DNA from: a virus
Length of the DNA stretch: 64,000 bases
Reading direction: 5' to 3' (one strand)
IMG/VR virus record: IMGVR_UViG_3300028569_001145
Location: 1 to 64,000 of that record
In this document: positions 30,686 through 39,162 of the stretch, one piece after another
Position numbering within the stretch: position 1 is the first letter of the stretch
How the letters are laid out: every line of letters begins with the position of its first letter
Program-made: the position numbers and the translations under genes
Notes under the pieces: generated by a model
Seen by the model: the letters and a program-made list of their open reading frames with translations, nothing else
The model's database searches: none
What the model was told of the DNA's origin: nothing

Positions 30686-31271
30686 ATGAACAGTAATTAT
30701 AAAAACCCTATAAAGTGGGTAGTTTTTTTTTTCGCAATCAGGTTCAGAAATAGTAGCACTATCGAAGAAGCTGGGTAGAGTACCTGATGTTGTTATAACT
30801 AACAATAGACCTCCCGAGGTACGTGCCTTTAATCCGGAACTAATCAGTACAGTTGATTTGATTCATCTAGTACCTAATAAACCAGATTTACTAGACTATG
30901 TAAGAGTACTGAAAGAGACTAACGCAGCACCTGCGGAAACCTTGATAACCCTACACGGTTGGTTAAGGATAATACCTAAGGATATAATCGCAGAGTATCC
31001 CTACATATTTAATGGACATCCGGGTCTTATTAGTAAGTACCCAGAACTGAAAGGAAAAGATCCTCAAAAGAAAGCTTGGGATTTAAATTTGAATACCTCC
31101 GGATGCGTCATTCACCAAGTTACAGAGGGTGTTGATGAGGGAGCTATTATACGTTCAAAAGAAATACCTATACGTAATTTAAGTATGGATCAGTTATTTG
31201 AAAGGCTGCATGAAACTTCTGTGGAACTTTGGGTAAGTTTTTTAACAAGGCATTTTGATCTTAGGAAATAA
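30686..31271 (+). pseudogene. PurN-like formyltransferase (DpdN-like), frameshifted at a T10 tract (30723-30732)
   Basis: Removing one T joins MNSNYKNPIKWVVFFSQSGSEI to the frame containing HGWLRII, NGHPGL and HQVTEGVDEG. Confidence 0.8.
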
Positions 31272-31288
31272 ATTCATATATTAAGGGA

Positions 31289-31837
31289 ATGAAAATATCA
31301 TTTACAGGAGCTCAATCAACAGGTAAAACTACTTTACTTGAAGCAATTAAACAGAACCAGGAGTTCCGGTACAAGTATGAATTCATCGATGAGATTACTC
31401 GCCGAATGGTTAAGAAGGGTTTAAAGATAAACGAAGCCGGTAACGATACTACCCAGTTGCTTATAATAAATGAACATATTAAAAACCTACTTTACGAAAA
31501 TGTAATTATGGATAGGTGCATTGTAGATGGTGCAGTCTATACCGACTGGTTACATTGGGAAGGTAAGGTCAGTAATTGGGTATGGCAATACTCTTTGAAT
31601 GTATTTGATCAGTATGTAGACCGTTACGATATTATATTCTACCTTAAGCCTGAATTTGATATTGTAGATGACGGGGTAAGGTCCATAAATACTACTTTTA
31701 GAGACGGTATTGTAGAGACGTTTGAACGTTACATTAAACATGTTAAAACCCCGGTAGTAGTATTAACAGGCTCGGTAGAGGAAAGATTAGAACAATTTTA
31801 TAATACAATAAAGAACCATAGTGCTACAATTGCGTGA
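31289..31837 (+). CDS. P-loop nucleotide kinase / AAA_28-like ATPase
   Basis: GAQSTGKTT, MDRCIVD, DDGVR. Confidence 0.8.
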   Translation: MKISFTGAQSTGKTTLLEAIKQNQEFRYKYEFIDEITRRMVKKGLKINEAGNDTTQLLIINEHIKNLLYENVIMDRCIVDGAVYTDWLHWEGKVSNWVWQYSLNVFDQYVDRYDIIFYLKPEFDIVDDGVRSINTTFRDGIVETFERYIKHVKTPVVVLTGSVEERLEQFYNTIKNHSATIA

Positions 31838-31874
31838 AAACAGAGGTTAATTCTATTTATACTGAAATAAGCTC

Positions 31875-32531
31875 ATGTATTACCTTTACTTAAAAACATC
31901 TCCACTGGGTTTAAAATACCTGGGAAAATTTACTAAACGTGTTAATAGGCCTAACTTTACAGTTTACGATTACCTAGGGTCTGGTAAAATATGGAAACAG
32001 CATATACAAAAATATAGACTGACCTCTAAGGATATCCAGACACAAGTTTTGTTAGAGACAGATGATTACGAAGAATTGAAAAAAGTTGCATTAGAGTATA
32101 GTATGGAATTACATATTGCACTTTCGCCACAGTTTGCAAATTTAGTGCCAGAAGATGGCGCCTGTCCGGTGAAGTACTGTGATTTTAGTAAAAGAGCGAC
32201 ACCGGAATATAGATCTAAAATAAGTCAAGCTTTAACAGGAAAGCCTAAATCCAAAGAACACGTGAGTAGAGTTGTAGAAACTAGAAAAACAAAAGGATAC
32301 ACGCCCTGGAATAAAGGCTTGGTACAGCCTTATACACGTACAGATGAAACTAAGCAAAAAATGCAAAAAAGCCACCGGGAAAGATCTTTAAAAATTTTTA
32401 AAGAAAAGTTGGACCCTATAATAGAAAATCTTATATTAGACAGTACACAACACAAGGGAAGAGATTTACAACGAAAATATAAACTAACATATGCACAATT
32501 TAGAAGAGCAAAAAAAGTCTATGGGTTTTGA
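31875..32531 (+). CDS. Seg-like GIY-YIG homing endonuclease with NUMOD3-like repeats
   Basis: YLYLK...KYLGK...YLGSG..W; PWNKG, ETKQKM; own CTATTTATA promoter. Confidence 0.8.
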   Translation: MYYLYLKTSPLGLKYLGKFTKRVNRPNFTVYDYLGSGKIWKQHIQKYRLTSKDIQTQVLLETDDYEELKKVALEYSMELHIALSPQFANLVPEDGACPVKYCDFSKRATPEYRSKISQALTGKPKSKEHVSRVVETRKTKGYTPWNKGLVQPYTRTDETKQKMQKSHRERSLKIFKEKLDPIIENLILDSTQHKGRDLQRKYKLTYAQFRRAKKVYGF

Positions 32532-33438
32532 CAGCAACCAAGAAGCTGTTAAGTCCATAGCAGCAAAACACCTAGGGAAAGTAGGCGGAGAAGGGTACAA
32601 AGCAACTTACGACCCGGAATTGTTAGTAGCAATTCCACGTCATTTTAATCGAGAATCTTATAACATTAAAGAAGGAGACTTACCTTTTGTAGGAGGGGAT
32701 GTCTGGAATGCTTATGAAGTTTCTGCTATCACTAAAAAAGGAAGACCGGTAAGTGGTATGATGAAAATCTACTACTCTTCTGATTCACCTTTGCACGTAG
32801 AGTCTAAATCAATTAAGCTCTACCTTAACTCATTCAATATGACTCCATTAGGGGAGACAGGTGCTGAGTGTGTTGAGATTGTTGAAAAGATAGTAGCTGA
32901 AGATTTAAGCAAGGCTTTGCAGACAGACGTTCAAGTAAGTTTCCATACCGGCAGTAACGACACAGAAGTTATTTTTGGATTGGAGTATGATTCTTTGAAT
33001 GACATTATCGATCTAGATACAGTAGAGTTTAATACCTACCATTCAGACGCCTCTCAATTAAAGACCGGTACCCAGAATGAAAGGATTTTAGAATTAAAAA
33101 TTCACTCAGATCTACTACGTTCAAATTGCAGGGTAACTAATCAACCAGACTGGGGGGATGTTTATATTCACCTAGTAGGTAAGAACATGCCTGACTTGCC
33201 ATCACTAGCCCGTTATATTGTGTCACACCGTCAGGTGAGTCACTTCCACGAGGAGATTTGCGAGATGATGTTCGTTCACCTATTAGAGGCTTATGATCCT
33301 GAAAAGCTGATGGTTACTTGCTTATATACCCGCAGAGGGGGTCTTGATATTAATCCTATAAGAGCAACTCATGCAGATATGATACCAGGAGTATTTATAG
33401 ATGTACATACCAGAAATGCAAAAACATTAAGACAATAA
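32521..33438 (+). CDS. queF: NADPH-dependent preQ0 reductase (two-domain QueF)
   Basis: DVWNAYEVS, VESKSIKLYLNSF, SNCRVTNQPDWG, FHEE, YTRRGGLDINP. Confidence 0.92.
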   Translation: MGFDSNQEAVKSIAAKHLGKVGGEGYKATYDPELLVAIPRHFNRESYNIKEGDLPFVGGDVWNAYEVSAITKKGRPVSGMMKIYYSSDSPLHVESKSIKLYLNSFNMTPLGETGAECVEIVEKIVAEDLSKALQTDVQVSFHTGSNDTEVIFGLEYDSLNDIIDLDTVEFNTYHSDASQLKTGTQNERILELKIHSDLLRSNCRVTNQPDWGDVYIHLVGKNMPDLPSLARYIVSHRQVSHFHEEICEMMFVHLLEAYDPEKLMVTCLYTRRGGLDINPIRATHADMIPGVFIDVHTRNAKTLRQ

Positions 33439-33439
33439 T

Positions 33440-33763
33440 ATGGGAGATTTAGTAATCGCAATTCTTGTACTAGGTATTATGGCAAGCACTCTTGCTTTTA
33501 TACTTTGGTACTCTAACAAAACACGTCAACGGATGATTGATGAGATGGAAAAAAACCAGGTAGACTGGGAGGCAGATCTTGATGCTCAATATGAGCATAA
33601 GAATCCTGTTCCGGTCGAAGATGAGGAACCTAAAAAGCAAGCCACTATTACCGACATTATGGAGGTTTTAGAAAAAGCAGCTGAGGTAGCTGAAACAATA
33701 GAGATACACCAGCCGCCTAAAAAGAAACGACGCGGCAGGCCTAAAACTAAGAAAAATTCTTAA
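33440..33763 (+). CDS. Membrane-anchored hypothetical protein with an AT-hook-like tail
   Basis: N-terminal TM segment; C-terminal KKRRGRPK. Confidence 0.65.
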   Translation: MGDLVIAILVLGIMASTLAFILWYSNKTRQRMIDEMEKNQVDWEADLDAQYEHKNPVPVEDEEPKKQATITDIMEVLEKAAEVAETIEIHQPPKKKRRGRPKTKKNS

Positions 33764-33770
33764 AATTTTC

Positions 33771-33798
33771 AGGGGAGTAGTTGTCTACTCCCTTTTTT
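33771..33798 (+). terminator. Intrinsic terminator fused to the next promoter
   Basis: GGGAGTAG-TTGT-CTACTCCC plus T6, then TTCGTACATTTAG. Confidence 0.8.
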
Positions 33799-33826
33799 GT
33801 TCGTACATTTAGGTATAATAGAAAGT

Positions 33827-34090
33827 ATGAAACTATACACAGAAGAACAGATGAAATCGTTTTACGAACTTGGTAAATTTGATGGTATTGTAGCAAGAGA
33901 AAAAGATGTAGACGTAGAGATTAAAAACTATACCCCCATCGAACTACCAAGTGATGAGGAGATAGAAGATAAAGGTAAATGGGCATTTAATGATGCTGGA
34001 CATACTATCTTTACCCATTATAACACAGTACCAAGTTGGGTAGATGGAGCAAAATGGATGCGTGATAAAATACAAGGAGGTAACAAATGA
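33827..34090 (+). CDS. Hypothetical protein, paralog 1
   Basis: MKLYTEEQ...TPIELPSDEEI...GAKWMR shared with 34259. Confidence 0.7.
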   Translation: MKLYTEEQMKSFYELGKFDGIVAREKDVDVEIKNYTPIELPSDEEIEDKGKWAFNDAGHTIFTHYNTVPSWVDGAKWMRDKIQGGNK

Positions 34091-34272
34091 AAATCACGAC
34101 AAGAGTAAAAAGTAGTTGGGTAGAATTAACTATTGAAAATAGTAGCGCAACAATCAATTACGACATTTGGAAAAATGAATTAGTTGAAGTTAAAGCAATG
34201 TTAGAAAATGCTATTGATGACATCAATCACATGATTAAAGAAACACAAGAAGGTAACAATGAGCAACAATAA
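34087..34272 (+). CDS. Hypothetical protein
   Basis: 61 aa, overlap-coupled to neighbours. Confidence 0.55.
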   Translation: MKITTRVKSSWVELTIENSSATINYDIWKNELVEVKAMLENAIDDINHMIKETQEGNNEQQ

Positions 34273-34693
34273 ACAAAGTATGAAACTATACACAGAAGAA
34301 CAATTAAAAGAGATATATTTTAAAGGGGTACATAATGGCAGAATGCAAATTGAAGGAAAATGTAGCGATGAAATTAATTCATTAACCCCCATCGAACTAC
34401 CAAGTGATGAAGAGATATGGGATAAGGCAGATGAAGAAGATAATAATGGAAAACATTACGCTTTTACAAGAGGCGCAAAATGGATGCGTAATAAAGTACA
34501 AAGAGGTAACAATAAACAGTACCATATTGAAAACGGTTCAGAAATTTGGAATGATACAGTTAATCCACCAACTGTAGAAGTGGTTTCTTATTGGGTAATG
34601 GAAGAAGACCAAATGATAGAAATTTGTGATACTTATGAAGAAGCTGTTGAATATATTAATCAATTAAACAAAAACAATGAGCAACAGTATTAA
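34259..34693 (+). CDS. Hypothetical protein, paralog 2
   Basis: Same motif blocks as 33827. Confidence 0.7.
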   Translation: MSNNKQSMKLYTEEQLKEIYFKGVHNGRMQIEGKCSDEINSLTPIELPSDEEIWDKADEEDNNGKHYAFTRGAKWMRNKVQRGNNKQYHIENGSEIWNDTVNPPTVEVVSYWVMEEDQMIEICDTYEEAVEYINQLNKNNEQQY

Positions 34694-34920
34694 TAGCTGT
34701 TGTTAGTTGTATAACATAATAAGAAAGAATATGGAAATATTATTTGAAATGCTTGCTACAATTTTTGCTTCAGTTAATGGTAAAGTAGCAATTTTTATAG
34801 GTATATCATTAATAGGGTTAATGTTATGCTTACTCTTGTAAAAAACGAAACATTTGCAAAATAGTAGTTGCTTGCTCTAAACAGAGTTCGTATATTTAGG
34901 CATATTAAAAAATAAGAGTT

Positions 34921-35697
34921 ATGAAATTTTTAACAAAAGAAGAAATTCAAGCACAAGCACCAGCAGTAGCTTCAATGGAAGCAGCAACTAATGTATCTGG
35001 TAAGTACGTTCACGTTCCTACTATGGAATTGATTGATGACATGGAGAAACTAGGTTGGAAAGTATCTGATGTAAAGCAGGTAGGTTCTAAAAAAGGAATG
35101 CAAGCTTACAAGAAGCATTTAGTAGTCTTCAGAAACCCTGAAATCGTTATTCAGAGTAGTGACGGAGAAACTGTTTACCCACAGCTTCTATTAAGCAATT
35201 CCCATGACGGGTTATCATCCTTCCAGTTCCGTGCCGGGTTATTTAGACTGGTTTGTACTAATGGGCTAGTAATCTCAACTAAGGATTTTGGTTCTATGTC
35301 TATTCGCCATAAGGGATATTCCTTTGAGGAACTTAAAAAGACTGTGTTGGAGCTTGTAGAGAAGCTTCCGGTAACGATTGAGACTCTAAATAAATTTAGA
35401 GAGGTTACTTTGTCTGAAGAGCAGAAGGTTGAATTTGCTTTAGCAGCAATCGGAGTACGTTTTGGGGAGAATGGAGCTGAGGTAGAGGTTCAGGAGCTTC
35501 TAAAACCTATACGTAAGGAAGACGAGGGTAATGAACTATGGCAGGTCTTTAATGTCATTCAAGAGAAGCTAACAAGAGGAGGCTTCAAATATAAAGCATC
35601 TACTGGTCGAAATAAGACAGCACGGTCCATTAAGAACTTCAACAGAGACATTCAATTGAATGAGCAGTTGTATGAACTAGCAGAATCGTATGTCTAA
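34921..35697 (+). CDS. DUF932/DUF945 family protein
   Basis: NSHDG.SSFQFRAGLFRLVCTNG, LW.VFNVIQE. Confidence 0.85.
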   Translation: MKFLTKEEIQAQAPAVASMEAATNVSGKYVHVPTMELIDDMEKLGWKVSDVKQVGSKKGMQAYKKHLVVFRNPEIVIQSSDGETVYPQLLLSNSHDGLSSFQFRAGLFRLVCTNGLVISTKDFGSMSIRHKGYSFEELKKTVLELVEKLPVTIETLNKFREVTLSEEQKVEFALAAIGVRFGENGAEVEVQELLKPIRKEDEGNELWQVFNVIQEKLTRGGFKYKASTGRNKTARSIKNFNRDIQLNEQLYELAESYV

Positions 35698-35704
35698 ATT
35701 GGAT

Positions 35705-35726
35705 AGGGGCTTCGGCCCCTTTTTTT
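35705..35726 (+). terminator. Intrinsic terminator (UUCG loop)
   Basis: AGGGGC-TTCG-GCCCCT followed by a T run. Confidence 0.85.
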
Positions 35727-35731
35727 GTTTG

Positions 35732-36247
35732 ATGGAGAGTAAGTTTAATCTAGTTGAAGAGTTGAGGCTTGGCTCCAACCAAGCTAAGGAACTTGTGTTT
35801 AGGGAATACTACGAGTACTTTATAAGCATAGCTATTAAAATAGTTCAATCAAAAGAGGATGCAGAGGATGTTGTTAGTGATTGTATGAATAAGATCTTTA
35901 ATAAGGTAGGGCAATTAAAAGACCCTTCCCAATTTTTAAGCTGGTGTAGGTCTATTATAACCAGAGACTGTTACAACTATATAAAAGCCAGGAAGGTACA
36001 TAGCGGTATAGAAACATATAATTCAGGATACCAGAGTGATTATTATAAAGCTTTTGATTTAAATTTAGTAAAGAAAGAGATTGAAAGACTATCCCCAGGG
36101 TACAGGCAGATATTAGAACTACATTGTATACAGGGTCATGATGGACTAGAGGTAGCAAAGATGCTAAAGATACATCCTGGAACGGTACGTTCTCAACTTT
36201 CTAAAGCCCGGAGAGTATTACAAAAGAGATTACATTATGAATACTGA
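35732..36247 (+). CDS. ECF-type RNA polymerase sigma-70 factor
   Basis: Region 2 DAEDVV...F.SW..SI; region 4 LSPGYR...EVAKML.I.PGTVRSQLSKAR. Confidence 0.85.
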   Translation: MESKFNLVEELRLGSNQAKELVFREYYEYFISIAIKIVQSKEDAEDVVSDCMNKIFNKVGQLKDPSQFLSWCRSIITRDCYNYIKARKVHSGIETYNSGYQSDYYKAFDLNLVKKEIERLSPGYRQILELHCIQGHDGLEVAKMLKIHPGTVRSQLSKARRVLQKRLHYEY

Positions 36248-36285
36248 AAGGTTGGTACTATAATTAGAAGTTCATATCTTTAGGC

Positions 36286-36414
36286 ATGAAAGAAAAACAT
36301 ACACCTGAAATGAGACGAATGGCACAATTGATACGTCGAAAGATGCTACAAAAAAACCATGGTGCTAAAAGAACCTATAACCGGAAAGATAAAACCTGGA
36401 AGAAAGAACCATAA
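36286..36414 (+). CDS. Small basic protein (42 aa)
   Basis: TTCATATCTTTAGGC promoter directly before the ATG. Confidence 0.5.
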   Translation: MKEKHTPEMRRMAQLIRRKMLQKNHGAKRTYNRKDKTWKKEP

Positions 36415-36504
36415 ACCTAAACCTAAAAACAAACAGGAGAGTGGTTATAAGAGGTGTTATTAATATAATTCAGAGTATACAATATAAGATAATCTATGAT
36501 AAAA

Positions 36505-36635
36505 AGAAAACCGTAGAGACAACCGTATAACTAGTAAACCGTAAGATAGTAAACTGTAGAGAAAATTGTAGAAGTAAACCGTAGCATAGTAAACCGTAGG
36601 AGAAAACCGTAAGATAGTAAACTGTAGAGAATGGG
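36505..36635. repeat. Purine-rich iteron-like repeats (AACCGTA x6; 27-bp direct repeat at 36536-36562 and 36604-36630)
   Basis: AAACCGTAAGATAGTAAACTGTAGAGA occurs twice; region is non-coding. Confidence 0.8.
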
Positions 36636-36829
36636 AAGTGTAGAAATAAGAAAAGGGTGTGTGGTGTTAAATTGAAAGTATTATGGAAAGGATATGGAAT
36701 TAGGGTAGGTTGTGTAGAAAGAGTAGAGAGTATGTAGAGGAGAGTTTGGATAGAAATTACGGAAATGTACCGCCCCAAATTCATCCCCCATGAATCTCAA
36801 GGGTATAAGAGGTGGTGCCCCACTCAAGA

Positions 36830-37045
36830 CTAGCCGGACTGTCCTGCTAAGACCCGGGGAGAGACTTGGGCAGAACCTTGGAGGACCTTGGAGAACCTAC
36901 CCCGCAGGGTGGGGGGCGGACCGGGGGGAGTACCGCCGGGGGAACCGGGGGGGGGCAAGGGGAGAGGCTCCGGCCGCCGGGCCGGGGGGCCGGGGGTACC
37001 GCTAAGGGAGGCTGGGAGAGTGGTACCTGGAAAGGTACCGGAATG
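36830..37045 (+). other. Extremely G/C-rich non-coding tract with G-quadruplex potential and many CCGG sites
   Basis: Many G4-G9 runs between 36907 and 36996 in an otherwise AT-rich genome. Confidence 0.85.
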
Positions 37046-37053
37046 AGCATGGT

Positions 37054-37137
37054 CCAAACTACGTCTGATCTCTTCAACCCCTTGGGAGCCGCCCTTCGTA
37101 CTAGATATTATCTTTCCGACACTCTAAATATACGAAC
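37054..37137 (-). ncRNA. Putative small RNA, copy 1, with minus-strand promoter
   Basis: Shares sequence blocks with 37852-37928; reverse-strand GTTCGTATATTTAG. Confidence 0.5.
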
Positions 37138-37379
37138 TTTCTTTCAGGGGCCAAGCCTTTTTTTTATTTTGTTGATATTTATTAATGTAGGCTACAGAGA
37201 CAGTAGATGTTACATAAGGCAACGAGCTTAGGGCACATAATAAAATAACAATCTCAGATTCATTAGAACCTACAGAAACATTGTATTAGACTTCGTTTAG
37301 CCACAAAAAATGCTTTGGATGGTTAAAATTTTTTTTTGTCAGAAGTTGGCGCTTCAGCCTCTTGTTCGTATCTTTAGGT

Positions 37380-37769
37380 ATGGAAATGAAAGAATTTAAA
37401 GTAAATGTTGAGACAGTGGTTACTGCTGACATGATTGAGAACATTATTGTTGGAGCTTTAGAAGGTGGTTCTAACTATTGGTATCTATTGGGAGAGGGTA
37501 TTCCTCCTTCTGATGGTACTCCTATTGCTGAGAGAATCCTTAATGCATTATTAAATGATTCAGATTACAAATTAGAAATTTTAGATTTGGAAGATGAAGA
37601 AGGTGAACCATTAGGGTATTTGACATTAGAAGGATTGCTTAATGCATTCCAGATTGTCTCTAAAAACTACCCCGAGCATTTTTACAACCTGCTGACTGGG
37701 AATGATGATGCTGAGACTGCTGATGTATTTTTTCAATGTGCTGTAATGGGGGAGGTGGTATTTGGGTAA
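37380..37769 (+). CDS. Early hypothetical protein
   Basis: ATG right after TTCGTATCTTTAGGT; GGSNYW and D..ADVFFQ...GEVVFG. Confidence 0.75.
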   Translation: MEMKEFKVNVETVVTADMIENIIVGALEGGSNYWYLLGEGIPPSDGTPIAERILNALLNDSDYKLEILDLEDEEGEPLGYLTLEGLLNAFQIVSKNYPEHFYNLLTGNDDAETADVFFQCAVMGEVVFG

Positions 37770-37851
37770 ATACTAAATTGTTTTAATTAGGTGATAACAT
37801 GGACTGCTCCCGAGAGGGAGTGGTTCCTTTTTTACCCGCTTTCTCCACAGC

Positions 37852-37928
37852 CCAAACTACGTCCGATCTCTTCAGGTTTTTACCCCGCCCTTCGTACTCC
37901 ATCTTTCCGACACCCTTAATATACGAAC
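37852..37928 (-). ncRNA. Putative small RNA, copy 2, with minus-strand promoter
   Basis: CCAAACTACGTC.GATCTCTTCA...CCGCCCTTCGTACT...ATCTTTCCGACAC...AATATACGAAC. Confidence 0.5.
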
Positions 37929-38024
37929 ATTACTTTCAAAAGCCAACAGAAAAAAAAATTATTTTTTAGTTGCCTCATAAGCGGCTAGTTCGTATATTTA
38001 GGTATCAAAATAAAAATAAAGGTT

Positions 38025-38372
38025 ATGCAAAAACAAATTCAAAACACAATCGAAAAGGTTTCAAACAGTTTCCCTTCACTATTCTCAAGAGAGGATGTAA
38101 TCAAATTGTTAACAGACTTAAATGCAGAAATGCAACTTGAATCTCCAAAACCTCAAATTGAAAAAGAACGATTAATGGAAATCTTCAAAGAGGTTCTTCG
38201 GGATAAGGAGTTTGGGGATGTTGTTAATAGCGATGATATTGAACTCAGTTTGAATTATGATAATAGAATCGAAATCGAATCGGCTCCAGTTGATGAAGAT
38301 TTTATCGTTGATACGGCGATGGACGCTTTAGATGCTGCTTGGGACGTTTTAGCATCTGCTGAAGAAGATTAA
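38025..38372 (+). CDS. Early acidic hypothetical protein
   Basis: Own promoter at ~37990. Confidence 0.75.
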   Translation: MQKQIQNTIEKVSNSFPSLFSREDVIKLLTDLNAEMQLESPKPQIEKERLMEIFKEVLRDKEFGDVVNSDDIELSLNYDNRIEIESAPVDEDFIVDTAMDALDAAWDVLASAEED

Positions 38373-38424
38373 AAAAAGTTTGGGGGAGGGTTTGGTCTCT
38401 CCCTTTTTATTCGTATATTTAGGT

Positions 38425-38712
38425 ATGGAAATAAAAAAGGTTATCGAATTGTTAGGTGATAAAATCTTCACCGTTACCTTCACAAAAAAAGATGGGTCTA
38501 TTAGAGTCATGAATGCAAGAAGGGGAGTTAAAAAAGGAGTTAAGGGAGTAGGGATGTCCTACAATCCAACAGAAAAAGATTTAGTTGTTGTCTTCGATAT
38601 GCAGAAGGAAGCATTTAGAATGATTAATGCTAAAACAATTTTAGAGATTAAAGCTGATAAAAAGGTTTATAAGTTCTCAGAAGAAGGATTATTATTAGAG
38701 GAAACTAATTGA
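38425..38712 (+). CDS. Small SH3/WYL-like phage protein
   Basis: FTVTFTKKDGSIR.M...VFD....FR pattern; leaderless start. Confidence 0.7.
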   Translation: MEIKKVIELLGDKIFTVTFTKKDGSIRVMNARRGVKKGVKGVGMSYNPTEKDLVVVFDMQKEAFRMINAKTILEIKADKKVYKFSEEGLLLEETN

Positions 38713-38764
38713 AAATAATTTAGGGGAGGGTTGGCTCCCTCCCTTCTTATTCGTATATTTAGGT

Positions 38765-38884
38765 ATGGAAAAGATGATAATGTATAAGGACTTAATCAAG
38801 ATGGCACATCAGTTAGGAATCCACACCAAAGGACAAACTTACTCTACGATCCTCAAACACGTTCAAGCAAAGCAAAAAAAATAA
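38765..38884 (+). CDS. Small early protein (39 aa)
   Basis: Promoter cassette directly before the ATG. Confidence 0.5.
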   Translation: MEKMIMYKDLIKMAHQLGIHTKGQTYSTILKHVQAKQKK

Positions 38885-38944
38885 AAAAACAGTTGCTTCC
38901 TTAGAAGCTTACTCGTATATTTAGGTATTAAAGAAATAAAGGTC

Positions 38945-39109
38945 ATGAAAAAAGAATTAAAACAATTAGTAAGAGTATTGGAAAATTTCCAAGCCAAGTT
39001 GAATGCTTTTGATGAAGATGTTGTAAGGACTTGGAGTATTGAAAGTTTGTGTGAAGAGTTAGATGAATTGATAGCTCAAACAAATGATGAACTTTCGGAT
39101 GAAGAGTAG
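38945..39109 (+). CDS. Small acidic early protein (54 aa)
   Basis: Own promoter at ~38913. Confidence 0.55.
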   Translation: MKKELKQLVRVLENFQAKLNAFDEDVVRTWSIESLCEELDELIAQTNDELSDEE

Positions 39110-39162
39110 AAAAAGTCTAAAGGGAGGGTTGGTTCCCTCCCTGCTTATTCGTATATTTAGGT

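Noticed and set aside
36790-37231. Gly/Pro/Arg-rich ORFs on both strands
   Set aside because: These arise from the G/C tract lacking stop codons; their composition is unlike the rest of the genome.
37852-37880. Hammerhead ribozyme (CUGAAGAG on the minus strand)
   Set aside because: The paralogous copy has UUGAAGAG, and no properly placed GAAA/stem arrangement was found.
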